Origin: Marsupella aquatica
Lineage: Eukaryota > Plantae > Marchantiophyta
DNA length: 64,000 nucleotides
Assembly (NCBI GenBank): GCA_973895155.1
Contig: OZ316897.1
Location: 7,120,470 to 7,184,469 of the forward strand
Direction: 5' to 3'
In this document: positions 25,896 to 36,710 of the stretch, in pieces
Numbering within the stretch: the stretch's first letter is position 1
Layout: every line of letters starts with the position of its first letter
Program-made: the position numbers and the translations under genes
Notes under the pieces: generated by a model
What the model saw: only the letters and a program-made list of their open reading frames with translations
The model's database searches: none
What the model was told of the DNA's origin: nothing

Positions 25896-27959
25896 ATGAC
25901 TGACCTTACGCCGAGGGAAGAAAGAGTGATTCAACGGGAGAGAGCTCGACTGCAGCAGCTCGCCGGGTGGCATGATACACAGCGACTGAGAGGGGCAGAA
26001 AGAGCTGGTAGCTCCGAAACTGGAAGTGGCGTCGAAGAAGACATACCAGAAGAAGAGTCGGTAAGGAGAAGTGAGTCTCCAACCGACATGGGGGAACCAG
26101 AGGCACGGCCAGACGAGAGGCCAGGGACCAGATTGAGCCAGCGGTCGCGCATACATTACAAGGCATTTCATGGGAGAGGAGATGAGGATCCGGACGAATG
26201 GTTGGATGATTTCGAGGGAACCGTTGCAGCAAATGGAGAATCGGCCATCAAGATGCAGATTCTTCCCGGCCTGTTCAAGGGTGAGGCTAGGCCTTGGTAC
26301 AGAGCATTAGATGTGGAAGATCAAGCCATCTGGGATATCTTCAAAACACTCTTTGTTAAGGAGTTTCGACCCATTGGAACCTCAGAACTAGCAGTGCTGA
26401 AGTTGGGACAACTTCGGTTCAAGGAGAACAAATCCTTCAGGAAGTTCTTGCAACGCTTTCAGAAACTGGTAAGACGTACAAAGACCAATGCATCTGAAGG
26501 TATGCAACTTCAATGGTTGGTGAATGCTTTGCCACAGAAGATGAGTTTTGCAATTAGGAAGGAGAACCCGGAGACTTTAGCCGAAGCAATTAAGGATATT
26601 CAATTATACATTAATGCAGATATCACAAGCCGGAAGAAACAGCTTAAGTCTGAGAGTTCCTCATCAGAGGAGGGATCACCCCATAAGAAAAAAGATAAGA
26701 AGAAGAAACATTCCAAGAAGTCTAGAAGTGATAAGTCAAGCTCGGATAGTGGGAGTAGCAAGAGTGAGTCATCTTCTAGTTCTGAAGAAGAAAAAACTAG
26801 GAAAAGGAAGGGCAGAAGGAGAGGGAAGACGAAAGTCAAGATGGAGGCTAAGCCACCAGATAACATCGTAGCCCTTACCGAGCAACTTAAGGCTATCATT
26901 GCAGAGGTAAAACCAAAGAAGAAGGTAGTACAGGAGGATAGCTCTGTATGGTGTGCCTTATGTTATAAAACCGGACACCATAAAGATGCGTGTCCTAAGC
27001 TTAATACTAATCATGTTCGGCATGTGGCCGAGATCAGACCATGTCAGGGAGAAGTAGAGTACTTTTTGGGAGATGCCGCTGATAGTGTTTTCGGCATCAG
27101 TGAGACTGGAGCACGAGACCTATCCAACAGACCTGCATCTCTGTGGTCAGGGTTAAGGAACAATCCAGGAGAGATGTATCCTCGGATTATTCAGAACCCG
27201 TCAGTACCTCCTAGGCCGAATGTGCAAAGATTTGCGGCGTGCTATAATTGTGGTCAACCTGGCCATTTTGCTAGAGAATGCCCGAATGCACGCAAACAAG
27301 GTGATGGACAACCAGCTCAGCTATGTATGGGATGCCGACAGGAAGGTCATATGCTAGGGCAATGTCCTACTTGGTTGGCAGGCCTGGCCGCAAATCATAA
27401 GCTTTTGCCGATCAAGATCTTACCGCCAGGTACTACCCCCGGAGGAGTTCAAATCAACCACATCGAACTAGGATGGCAAGAGGATGCCGAGGCAGAGTTC
27501 GTACCATCTGATGATGAGGCCGAAGCCCTATCAACCTTCTCAGAGGAGGATTTAGATCATGATTGCTACCGGGTCTCTACTCGATCTACCAGAAGGAAGG
27601 AAAGGTGGGATGGGCTGGCCAAAAATAAAGGGAAGGTTACGGAGGAAAGGATCGACTCTTCGTCAACATCAACAGAAGGAGAAGGGAGGGCTCCGGCAAT
27701 ACAGGTAAGCCATGAGCCCACCAGTGAAACCAATCCTTCACAAGATAGCGACTTCAATCGAGATCATCCTAAGTTGTTCTACCCCTCTGTTACGGCTAGT
27801 GTTAAGGAACAACTAAGAGAATTAGAAACCCTGGAGAATACCGAAGCCATTGCCAAGGATGTAAAACGAGCAAAAGCATTGTTTGCTTCGGAAGACCCAA
27901 CAGCTGTGGAGACTAGCGTGGCAAAACTGGCCGAATCCAAGACGGAAACACCACCATAA
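25896..27959 (+). CDS. gag: Gag of element D with three CCHC zinc knuckles
   Basis: FHGRGDEDPDEWL and FKGEARPWY (retrotransposon gag). Knuckles CALCYKTGHHKDAC, CYNCGQPGHFAREC and CMGCRQEGHMLGQC. Confidence 0.93.
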   Translation: MTDLTPREERVIQRERARLQQLAGWHDTQRLRGAERAGSSETGSGVEEDIPEEESVRRSESPTDMGEPEARPDERPGTRLSQRSRIHYKAFHGRGDEDPDEWLDDFEGTVAANGESAIKMQILPGLFKGEARPWYRALDVEDQAIWDIFKTLFVKEFRPIGTSELAVLKLGQLRFKENKSFRKFLQRFQKLVRRTKTNASEGMQLQWLVNALPQKMSFAIRKENPETLAEAIKDIQLYINADITSRKKQLKSESSSSEEGSPHKKKDKKKKHSKKSRSDKSSSDSGSSKSESSSSSEEEKTRKRKGRRRGKTKVKMEAKPPDNIVALTEQLKAIIAEVKPKKKVVQEDSSVWCALCYKTGHHKDACPKLNTNHVRHVAEIRPCQGEVEYFLGDAADSVFGISETGARDLSNRPASLWSGLRNNPGEMYPRIIQNPSVPPRPNVQRFAACYNCGQPGHFARECPNARKQGDGQPAQLCMGCRQEGHMLGQCPTWLAGLAANHKLLPIKILPPGTTPGGVQINHIELGWQEDAEAEFVPSDDEAEALSTFSEEDLDHDCYRVSTRSTRRKERWDGLAKNKGKVTEERIDSSSTSTEGEGRAPAIQVSHEPTSETNPSQDSDFNRDHPKLFYPSVTASVKEQLRELETLENTEAIAKDVKRAKALFASEDPTAVETSVAKLAESKTETPP

Positions 27960-28034
27960 GAGAAGCCGATTGTTCCCTATGACCTGGCTAAAGATGTACT
28001 AGAATCTAGAGTCTCGGCAACAGTAGGTCAACTA

Positions 28035-28889
28035 TTGAAAAATAGCCCGTACTTCCGGAAGCAATTAAGGAAGGCTATTCTCGGCAAGCCGAGATTACCC
28101 AAGGTAGCAACCAGATCCGACGTACTAATGATAGAAGAAGATCAAGGAGCCCCAGCATTACCATTAATGATTCAAGGAGAATTATTACTACGGGTACCCA
28201 TCGATGGAGGATCAGGGGTATGTATTATGATTGATTCAACAGCAAAAGGGTGGGGTCTAACACCGGAGATGACTGGAAGAGTGTTGAACATGGCCAATGG
28301 ATATCAGGTCATTCCGACGGGAGTGTTAACCGGCATCAAGACAGAGATAGGAGGTATCTTCTTTAGCATTAACTATGTAGTAATGAAGCCGGTAAATCCT
28401 ACGTCATTCCGGCTATTGATTGGTAGGCCATGGCTGTACCTAGCCGAGGTAATAGAAGATTGGGGTAAAAAGCAGTTCACTTTCGGGACCCCCTCTATCA
28501 CGGTATCCTGGGACACTAAGGATGACCGTAGGAAAAGCATAAGGGAAGTAGATGGGTACGACAGTGGACTGGAGTCAGCCGATGAAGTACGTTGGTTAGA
28601 ATGCCTCACTAACCTAACCGAAGAAGGTGTCTTTGGACCAGAGGTACCCCCTAGCGGATTATGGCAAGAACCAATGGAAGGTGACTTGGAAGAAGAAGAC
28701 GAAGAGGTCGAGGACTGCTTTACAATAGAATCCACCTTTTTAGCTGCAATTCCAGAGGAAGTAAAGGATGTAGACCAATTGGATGAAACGGCTAAGTGGG
28801 GAGCAGTAGTAGGGACAGTGGATTTTCTGCAGGCGTTGTGGCAGAGCCGACGGGGTCCACAACGCCATCGATCATCGGCAAGGAATTAA
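28035..28889 (+). CDS. Aspartic protease region of element D
   Basis: PIDGGSG and LLIGRPWL. In frame with gag across a TAA at 27957. Confidence 0.85.
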   Translation: MKNSPYFRKQLRKAILGKPRLPKVATRSDVLMIEEDQGAPALPLMIQGELLLRVPIDGGSGVCIMIDSTAKGWGLTPEMTGRVLNMANGYQVIPTGVLTGIKTEIGGIFFSINYVVMKPVNPTSFRLLIGRPWLYLAEVIEDWGKKQFTFGTPSITVSWDTKDDRRKSIREVDGYDSGLESADEVRWLECLTNLTEEGVFGPEVPPSGLWQEPMEGDLEEEDEEVEDCFTIESTFLAAIPEEVKDVDQLDETAKWGAVVGTVDFLQALWQSRRGPQRHRSSARN

Positions 28890-31882
28890 ATACCAAGGGA
28901 TCGGCATACAAGCCGATTACGAGGGCAGAACAAATTGAGGCCCTATTAGAAGCCGAGAGAGCACAGCGGCCTAACTCTCAGGAGCAAGAGGTGGATGAGA
29001 TGGACAGACACGATCTAGAGCCAAGGCAGGAAGGGGAGCCGACCACTAATTCAAAACTGAATAGACCGGTAAGGGGACAATCTATGGACACCAAGGAAGG
29101 GACCGACTCGGCTAGTCCAGCCGAGATCCCAGTTTATGGAGGTATGAGATTAGAGAGACTGGAAGCCGAACTGGACCCGAATTTGAAGAAGCAGATTAAT
29201 ATGATCCAAGCATGGCAATACCGGAAGCTCGACTTAGGAGAGGGAAGAGAACTGAACTTAGGGAGAAACCTAGCACCTGAGCTCGAGAAAGAGATCAGTG
29301 ACTTATTGATTGAATTTCAGGATGTGTTTGCATGGAGTCACCAAGATCTAAAGGGAGTAGATCCAACACTAGGGGAACATCGAATTGATCTCATGTTAGG
29401 AGCCAAATCATTTCGACAACCAATTCGAAGGATGAACCCGAAGTATTCCCTGCTGGTCAAAACGGAAATCGACAAACTAGTGGAAGCTGGATTCATCACT
29501 CCAGTCCTGCATTCAGACTGGGTGTCTCCAATTGTGATAGTTCCCAAGAAAGCTGGACCCGATGGTAAACCCAAGATCCGGGTTTGTCAGGATTACAGGA
29601 AGCTGAATGAAGCAACATTAAAAGACCATTTTCCTTTACCGTTTACTGATATGGTACTAGACATGGTAGCCAGTCATGAACTATATTCATTCATGGATGG
29701 ATACTCTGGTTATAACCAAATCAGGATTCGGCAGGAAGACCAGATCAAGACGGCCTTCATCACGGAATGGGGGATCTATGTCTTCAATCGTATGCCGTTT
29801 GGACTCTGCAACGCACCAGCTATGTTCCAACGATTAATGGTGAACATTTTTCATGATTACTTGAGAAAGTTCATGGAAATCTTCATTGATGACTTTGCAG
29901 TATTTGGGAAGGCATCGAAACATGCTAAATACCTCAGGAAAACCTTCATGAGATGTAGAGAGGTGGGTCTCAAGTTACACCCAGATAAATGTTTTTTTGC
30001 AGTAACCGAGGGGGTGCTACTAGGTCACAAGGTATCAAGGAAGGGCATTGAGATTGACAAAGGTAAGCTAGCAGTATGGCTAGATATCATGCAGCCTAAG
30101 AACATAAAGGATGTAAGATCCTTCTTGGGATGCATTGGTTACTATCGCCGGTTCATCAAGGATTTTGCCAAGCTGGCTTTACCATTAACCAATATGCTCA
30201 AGGCAGGAGCAGACTTCGAACCCACACCCGAACGAGTCACAGCGGTGGTAGAATTGAAGCAGATGTTAGTAGAGGCCCCAGTCATGATAGCACCGGACTG
30301 GAACAAAGATTTTCATGTTTTTGTAGATGTCTCGGGCTTCTGTATTGGCTCAGTACTAAGTCAGTTGGATGAGAAAGGAAGGGACCATCCCATATACTTC
30401 GCAAGCCGTCAGCTTGCCGATGCCGAACGGAACTACTCTACCACGGAAAGAGAAGCATTAGGAGTCATTTATTCTTGTAAAAAGTTTAGGCATTATTTAC
30501 TAGGGTACAAGGTAATCTTTCATACTTATCATGAAAGTTTGAAGTACCTAGTCAATAAGCCGGACCTTACAGGCAGAGTAGCAAGATGGATTTTGCTATT
30601 ACAGGAGTTTGACTATGAGCTGAGGATCAAGCCGGGAAAGTTACATGCCAATGCCGACTTCTTTTCAAGGATCACAGGTAAACCTGCCACGGATTGCATC
30701 GATGATCGATTCCCCGACGAGGAGCTATTCGTTGTGGAAATAGCTGATACATGGTACCCTGAGATTTTACAATTTCTCAGCACTTCCAGATTACAGCCAG
30801 GATTAAGCCGAGAGCAAGCCGCAGTCTTTGTGCGGAAGGTCAGACAGTATCAGTGCATTAAAGGCATACTGCACAAGCATGGAATCAACGGCACGATTCA
30901 AAGATGTTTGGAAAAGAGAGAGGTAAAACGAGTCCTACGGGCCATGCATGGAGAGGAGGCCGGAGGACATTTTGCCCCAGTAACCACGTCTAAGAAGATA
31001 TTAAATGCCGGTTACTGGTGGCCCACCTTGCACAAAGATGTCTATCAGTTTATCAAACAATGCGATCCTTGTCAACGAGCGGGAGGACCAAGGGCGTCCA
31101 CCAGGCATCCACTGCACCCTATTCTACCTCTGGCACCATTCGAGAAGTGGGGTATTGATTACATTGGACCTCTGAAACCACTGACCCACCCTCGACGGAA
31201 CAAGTACATAATCCTGGCTACGGATTATGCAACTAAATGGCTAGAGGCCAGACCAACAACGAAGGATGATGCAATTACTACGGCTAGATTCATGTATGAG
31301 CAGATCTTCACCAGGTATGGAGCACCCCTAGAATTAGTTAGTGATAGAGGAACCCATTTTTTGAATGATATAATTAGTCGTTTAAATGAGCAGTATTTAG
31401 TTAAACATAGGCCTACTACTCCCTACCATCCAAAGGCAAACGGGTTGACAGAACGAGCAAACGGAATCATAGGAAAGATATTGAACAAGACAGTAGCTCA
31501 GAACAAACTCGATTGGGATGATAAATTGTTTGCTGCTGTTTTTGCTTACAATCTTGCCTATAAATCCACTACCGGTCATACACCCTTCTTCTTAACCTTT
31601 GGACAAGAAGCACTGGTACCCATGCAACTTGAGATACCGACATTTCAAGTTACAATTGAGGAAAGAGCCTCAGCGGAGGAGAGCCTAAAGGAGCGAGAAT
31701 ATAGGTTAGAAGCTTTAGAGGAAGCGAGAATGATTTCAGCTGAGAGAGTAGAATATAGACAGAATATCATGAAGCAGCAGTATGATAAAAGGTTAAAAGT
31801 AGTTAGTATTCATACCGGTGATCTTGTGCTACTTTATGACAGTAGGTATAGTAGGTTTCCAGGAAAGCTTTACACTCGCTAG
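28796..31882 (+). CDS. pol: Pol (RT-RNaseH-integrase) of element D
   Basis: DYRKLN, DGYSGYNQ, MPFGLCNAP, FIDD, NYSTTEREAL, WGIDYIGP, SDRGTHF, ANGLTER. Ends at a TAG that replaces W of the WLGPF motif. Confidence 0.96.
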   Translation: MGSSSRDSGFSAGVVAEPTGSTTPSIIGKELNTKGSAYKPITRAEQIEALLEAERAQRPNSQEQEVDEMDRHDLEPRQEGEPTTNSKLNRPVRGQSMDTKEGTDSASPAEIPVYGGMRLERLEAELDPNLKKQINMIQAWQYRKLDLGEGRELNLGRNLAPELEKEISDLLIEFQDVFAWSHQDLKGVDPTLGEHRIDLMLGAKSFRQPIRRMNPKYSLLVKTEIDKLVEAGFITPVLHSDWVSPIVIVPKKAGPDGKPKIRVCQDYRKLNEATLKDHFPLPFTDMVLDMVASHELYSFMDGYSGYNQIRIRQEDQIKTAFITEWGIYVFNRMPFGLCNAPAMFQRLMVNIFHDYLRKFMEIFIDDFAVFGKASKHAKYLRKTFMRCREVGLKLHPDKCFFAVTEGVLLGHKVSRKGIEIDKGKLAVWLDIMQPKNIKDVRSFLGCIGYYRRFIKDFAKLALPLTNMLKAGADFEPTPERVTAVVELKQMLVEAPVMIAPDWNKDFHVFVDVSGFCIGSVLSQLDEKGRDHPIYFASRQLADAERNYSTTEREALGVIYSCKKFRHYLLGYKVIFHTYHESLKYLVNKPDLTGRVARWILLLQEFDYELRIKPGKLHANADFFSRITGKPATDCIDDRFPDEELFVVEIADTWYPEILQFLSTSRLQPGLSREQAAVFVRKVRQYQCIKGILHKHGINGTIQRCLEKREVKRVLRAMHGEEAGGHFAPVTTSKKILNAGYWWPTLHKDVYQFIKQCDPCQRAGGPRASTRHPLHPILPLAPFEKWGIDYIGPLKPLTHPRRNKYIILATDYATKWLEARPTTKDDAITTARFMYEQIFTRYGAPLELVSDRGTHFLNDIISRLNEQYLVKHRPTTPYHPKANGLTERANGIIGKILNKTVAQNKLDWDDKLFAAVFAYNLAYKSTTGHTPFFLTFGQEALVPMQLEIPTFQVTIEERASAEESLKEREYRLEALEEARMISAERVEYRQNIMKQQYDKRLKVVSIHTGDLVLLYDSRYSRFPGKLYTR
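28820..28879 (+). promoter_or_regulatory. Putative -1 frameshift signal (pro to pol), element D
   Basis: In-frame G GAT TTT (28820-28826), 5-nt spacer, perfect 10-bp stem GGCGTTGTGG (28832-28841) / CCACAACGCC (28857-28866). Loop GCCGA pairs with TCGGC (28875-28879). Pol is in the -1 frame. Confidence 0.75.
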
Positions 31883-32050
31883 TTAGGACCCTTTAGAGTA
31901 ACCATGATGTTCCCCAATGGCTCCGTACAATTGACCAACATTACGGGAGAGGTATATCCAGTTTGCATCCATTATGACCGCCTCAAGAAATACTATATGG
32001 ACGAAGATGAAGTTGTTCGCGAGGACGCTTCACAATTAAGTGGGGAGCTA

Positions 32051-35000
32051 TGTGATGCCTAGACAGGAATCACTCGGCCGGTTAAGTGGGTAAAGCAGGA
32101 AGGCACCCTAGGAACACCTTAGTATAGTGACAAAACAAGGAAAATATAAACAATTAGGGGCAACCATGGAACCCGGGCCGAGGCCGAAGGTAAGACTAAG
32201 GATGAAAACCCGATTAGGGTTAGGGCGCGTTAAGCGTCGGCGGCTAGGAAGGATCAACGGGAAGAAGGACCGGCAGAGGAGAGGGGTAAGGAGCGCTTGC
32301 AGGAGATGGTGGCTCATTTGCGAGCACGAACTAGGCAGACGACTACGGGAGGCCAACTACTGTCAGCTGCTTAGGCAAGCACTCGGGGAGAGAGTAGATA
32401 CCGACGATCGACCTAAGGAGGGTATGAGCAACGTCAATCAAGCGGCACATTTCTGGGGATGCCTGTTCGAACGGGCAACTGAGTACATCAAGACTTACGA
32501 GGACGAGGAGTCAGAAAGGGCAGCTCGAGAACGGCAGGAGCTCGCTCGATTGTGGGAGCTGCAGAAGACGGCTTTCTTAGGAGGCGAACTCATCAAGGAC
32601 GAGTTCCTGTGGACGCCTACTTCCAATCAACTCGACGATCTTCTGTTTTGCAAAGACAGCGTCGTCGGCATCCGAGAGGCCATCAAGAACTGCAACGACA
32701 TACATTGGGAATTAAAGGGTAGCACGGAAAGGTGGACCCAGGCAACGGTGCTAGGAGAAACCTCCACGGCAGCAGAGATGAAGAGGAAGGGAGCCGTCAA
32801 CGATGAAGCCACCCCGGCAAAAAGAACGAGGTTGGCGGCACCAAAGAAGCCAGCCGAGCAGCAGAGCAGGAGGCAGGGAGAAGCCGAAGAGGAGGAGGTC
32901 GATCCCATCAAGGCCATTCCAACCAGGGATGACACCTGGAAGGGCTGGGCGGCAACCCTACCGGTGGAGGTGCAACTACATTTTGCACGGGAGGAGGATG
33001 CATGCTTTACGGCCATGCAGACCAAGAAGTACCAAGGCTTCATGGCCGGATCCGGCTTGGAGGCCTTTGTAAGATTACCATGGCTGAAGCCGGAGGTACC
33101 GGAGTCAGACCTATTAGAATTCGTGGGGTCATGGGAACCCGAGACCAATTGCACGAGGATATATGGGAAGGATTTCTATCTTACTCCCAAGGTAATTGCC
33201 GAAGTGTTTGGCCTGCCGATAGGCAATAAGACCAAAGTTGATACCAGGAAGACCTTGCCTGACAAGGAGTTCCGGTCGTTCCCCGGGCCATCAACGAAGA
33301 ATGGCTTCTTCCGGAACACCTGCACCAACCCGCACATAGGAGAGATGATCGACTTCTTGCGGGTGACCATGCATTGTAACTTGCCGAGGGTAGAGATCGG
33401 CAAGGCACAGGTCTATCTGGCAGAAAGGCCAGACCCAAGCCGGGACTACAACGGGTACCTCCTCAACCAATTGAAGAAGATCTTAAAGGAGGAGCAGCAG
33501 GTAATCGGCATGGGGAGCGTGTCGCGGCTTGGCTATCACATGCCGCTGTTGTGCCGGTATGCCAGAAGTCAGACTTTTGCCCCGGTACTTCCCCTGCAGG
33601 TAAGGGCACCTGAGGAAGCTCCAACGCCGAGGCCGTTGGCTGAGAAGCCTCAACCACCTATTAGTCCTATGATCGAGCAGGTGTTTAGGCCCAGGAAGGA
33701 AGACTTGCCGATGCAGCAACCAGGCATGCAGAGTCTGCTGAAACTACTGGAGAAAGAAAAGAAATCGGCATCGGCAACAACAACGGCAACGGCAACAATG
33801 CAGGACACTACTACAGAGGTAGGCCAACACCGGCTCACAAGAGAAAACCCCTTTGCTAGAGACAAGGAGAGAATCAGGCCGGAATCCAAGCCAGGTGTTC
33901 GAATGTACGTGGGAACCTCAAGCTCCGAATCTGAGGCAGAATTGCCTGAAGCTCCTACCGACGAAGAGGAGAGGGAGAAGCCGGACGTCCAAGAGGTAGA
34001 GGAGGCAGTGGAGGACTGCAGCCATGATAATTCCGGCTATGGGTCGGACCATCACGTTCCAGGAGTAAGGACCTGTGGCCGGTTTGTCCCCACACTTCCA
34101 AGGGTAGTGCGAGGGGACCCCAACCAGCAGAGTAGCCCTGAGTCTCCCCCACCAGATGTTGCTCCCCCGAGCTTCGACGGCATAAAACAGACGGTGCAGG
34201 AATTTCAGGAGCGAATCAAGCAGGAGGAAGAGGCCGCCCTGGCTAAGGAAAAGGATTTACCAGGGGGAGATTGGCCGGAGGACATCAGGCGGCTAGCCGA
34301 AAAAGGAAGCAAACCTCTAGCCACGATTGAAGAGATCCGCATGACGGCTTGGGAGCAGAGGCCACGATGGGCGATGCCGATCACTTCTACTTACTCCACC
34401 TACGCTAAGAATAGAGCCATGGAGTATGGTGAGATGTGTGGGGAACTTGCGCTCGGCATCTTTGGAGAGGAGTTGGAGGTAGGACCCTTTTTCCATAGGG
34501 AGCAGTTGGAGAAGCACCAATTAGAAGAAGCGGTGGCTTTAGAGAGAAGCAAGAAGGACGAGGTCATTCGGCGGCTTAGGAGGATGGAAGCCGAGATTGA
34601 AGATCTAAGGGCGGCCAAGAAAGCCCAAGATGAACTGCGGATTAAACGACATGAGCTGAACATCATGCAGGGGCAGTTGGACGCCGCGCAGGCTGATAAT
34701 CAGAATATCAAGGATAAACTGACTCAGACGCAGGAAGAGTTGGCCGACACAATCAAAGAGAGGGAGAAGTGGAAGCAAGAGCTGAAGAATACAGAGGAGG
34801 CCCACATAACAGCCAACAGTCGGGCCATGGCGGAGACCCAAAGAAAGGAATGGGCGTTGAAAGGGGAGCTCGAGAAAATCCGCGGAGCCCTTGAGCAGAA
34901 GGAGGTCGAGTTAGGGAAATCCTATCAAGGGATTATGGCGCTGCAGCAGGAGCTTGCGTCCCTGACGGCCAGCTTCAAGGCTGACCTAAGGGAGAAGGAC

Positions 35001-36710
35001 GAGATGCTCGAACAGACTTACGCCAAGATGAACCAGATGGAGTCTGTCATCATTGCAGAGCTCGACAAGGAGCTAAGAGCAACCCAGGAGGAGAGGGCTA
35101 CCTTGAAGAAGGAATTGGAGGAAGCCCACAGGGAGCAGGAGGAGGCCAAAAACGAGCTGGAGGGGGCACGTAAGGACCTGGATGAAACCCAAGAGGAGTT
35201 GGAGGAAATCACGAGGAAGATGGAGAACCTACAGCGGCGGGCCGACAACCAAACAGAGCGGTTGAAGAAACAAGCCGCAGTATTTAAATGCTTAGCTGCA
35301 GCAGGTCCATCTCCCGTTGGGACAAACCAGTTACCAGGGGTGGTAATTGCCGAAGGACAAGCCGCGCCACCTGCACCAGTGCCGGAAGTAAGTGGGAAGG
35401 GGAAGGGACCAGCTGCCGAGCCACCAACGAAGAAGAAGCGGACACCTTCAGGGTCAAGGAGTAATACGACTTCACAGGCCGTGGTGATCAAGGAGGTAGA
35501 CCCAGCACCGACCCCAGACAGGGTCACGGCTAAGGATCCAACTACCCTAGGGGAAGGGGAGGCCGAAGCCGAGGGAGTGGCTGAAGCCGAAGCCGTTGGA
35601 GTGGCTGAGGCCGAAGCCGTGGGTATTGCCGAGGCCGGTGTCGAGGCTGAAGCCGAAGGTGGACCCAGTCAGGCCGATGGAGAGTTGACTCGGTCAAGGG
35701 CAGGTAATCTGTCAGTAGGCGGGCCAACGGCAGTGGCTGAGGAGGAAGTGTTGGGGGCGTCCATTGAGGATCCACCACCGGTGTCGTGACGGTGCAAGGG
35801 CGCCGTTCCTTTTAGGGAGGGCGGACGTGGAGGGAGGAGGCGTGAGTGGGCAGGGCGGGCGCGGATCTCCACGTTTAGGATTAGGATCAGAACCAGGAGC
35901 GGCCCTGACACTTAGCTTAGTGGGATTGCGGTCCCACTGGTAGGAGCAACACTTGTGCTCCTGCCTTGCTGTACATAGGTAGATTCGGGCAAGTAGATTA
36001 CTGTCAGGTAGATTAGGCTTACGATGCAAAGAATGGCGGATCCACTACCAGGATAAGTACCTGGGCAGCGGGGAGCTCAGGGCCTCTTCTTTAGCAAGTT
36101 TTTAGTTTGCACCAGCCGGGCTGGGATCAAGTAGTACAAGAAGCTCTCGGTTAGTCATACAGTGACCCTTGTGTATATTCATGTTTCCTCATGCCTAAGA
36201 GCTGAATAGAGTTGGCCTCACGGCTTAGTTCGCAGAACTTGTGTATGAGATGTACTATTTGTATGGCAAGTGCATGGTATGACTCAGTCAGAATGAGTCA
36301 TTTTGCTATTTGTGTGTCGCATTAACTTGTGTGAAGAGTGCCCACATCAACAGAAGGAAGGAAAGTAAGCAGGGGAGTGAGAGTTGGATGTGTCGAGCTG
36401 AGAGAGGTCTTAGCGGCTTAACCAAGCCTATTGGGGATCATTCCGGCGGCGGAATCCAAACATACCTAACAAGACGGAGGGGAAGACAGGGGAAGACAGG
36501 GGAAGGCCTATATTAGGCCGGCTACGTATCTCATGACCCGATGAAGGATCTGTCCAGTATATGTGTGTAAAATGTTAATAGTAGTAGTAGAAGGTTAGCA
36601 GCGTCCCATGCCGCTAAGCCGCGGAAACGGCCTCGCCAAGCACGAAACCTGCGGGAATCGGCTTGAGCTGGGGGGTTTCTTGGGTTTAGGGAGCCATGGG
36701 ACGCACCACA
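32051..36710 (+). repeat. 3' LTR of element D (4660 bp)
   Basis: Direct repeat of 21181-25826. Confidence 0.97.
32127..35789 (+). CDS. LTR-encoded protein (up to 1220 aa): plant-transposon accessory-type domain plus long coiled coil
   Basis: Uninterrupted ORF wholly inside the LTR. LLEFVGSW...IYGKDFYLTPKVIAEVFGLP resembles PMD/Transposase_32-type plant TE domains. E/K/L-rich heptad region. Likely start is MSNVNQ at 32424, which is conserved in the solo LTR. Confidence 0.8.
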   Translation: MTKQGKYKQLGATMEPGPRPKVRLRMKTRLGLGRVKRRRLGRINGKKDRQRRGVRSACRRWWLICEHELGRRLREANYCQLLRQALGERVDTDDRPKEGMSNVNQAAHFWGCLFERATEYIKTYEDEESERAARERQELARLWELQKTAFLGGELIKDEFLWTPTSNQLDDLLFCKDSVVGIREAIKNCNDIHWELKGSTERWTQATVLGETSTAAEMKRKGAVNDEATPAKRTRLAAPKKPAEQQSRRQGEAEEEEVDPIKAIPTRDDTWKGWAATLPVEVQLHFAREEDACFTAMQTKKYQGFMAGSGLEAFVRLPWLKPEVPESDLLEFVGSWEPETNCTRIYGKDFYLTPKVIAEVFGLPIGNKTKVDTRKTLPDKEFRSFPGPSTKNGFFRNTCTNPHIGEMIDFLRVTMHCNLPRVEIGKAQVYLAERPDPSRDYNGYLLNQLKKILKEEQQVIGMGSVSRLGYHMPLLCRYARSQTFAPVLPLQVRAPEEAPTPRPLAEKPQPPISPMIEQVFRPRKEDLPMQQPGMQSLLKLLEKEKKSASATTTATATMQDTTTEVGQHRLTRENPFARDKERIRPESKPGVRMYVGTSSSESEAELPEAPTDEEEREKPDVQEVEEAVEDCSHDNSGYGSDHHVPGVRTCGRFVPTLPRVVRGDPNQQSSPESPPPDVAPPSFDGIKQTVQEFQERIKQEEEAALAKEKDLPGGDWPEDIRRLAEKGSKPLATIEEIRMTAWEQRPRWAMPITSTYSTYAKNRAMEYGEMCGELALGIFGEELEVGPFFHREQLEKHQLEEAVALERSKKDEVIRRLRRMEAEIEDLRAAKKAQDELRIKRHELNIMQGQLDAAQADNQNIKDKLTQTQEELADTIKEREKWKQELKNTEEAHITANSRAMAETQRKEWALKGELEKIRGALEQKEVELGKSYQGIMALQQELASLTASFKADLREKDEMLEQTYAKMNQMESVIIAELDKELRATQEERATLKKELEEAHREQEEAKNELEGARKDLDETQEELEEITRKMENLQRRADNQTERLKKQAAVFKCLAAAGPSPVGTNQLPGVVIAEGQAAPPAPVPEVSGKGKGPAAEPPTKKKRTPSGSRSNTTSQAVVIKEVDPAPTPDRVTAKDPTTLGEGEAEAEGVAEAEAVGVAEAEAVGIAEAGVEAEAEGGPSQADGELTRSRAGNLSVGGPTAVAEEEVLGASIEDPPPVS

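Larger units (their letters stand above)
21181..36710 (+). mobile_element. Full-length young Ty3/gypsy element D (15.5 kb)
   Basis: TGTGAT...ACCACA LTRs, TSD GCAGC (21176-21180, 36711-36715), PBS-like TGGCGCTAGA at 25831, PPT AAGTGGGGAGCTA before 32051. Confidence 0.97.

Noticed and set aside
27957-27959. Programmed stop-codon readthrough between gag and protease (also the TAA at 9806-9808)
   Set aside because: Both elements have other stops explained by point mutation, and no recognisable readthrough context is present. Cannot be supported without sister copies.
21181-36710. Assembly artefact or tandem duplication explaining the 4.65-kb repeats
   Set aside because: TG..CA ends, 5-bp TSD, PBS, PPT and scattered differences between the copies show they are genuine LTRs.
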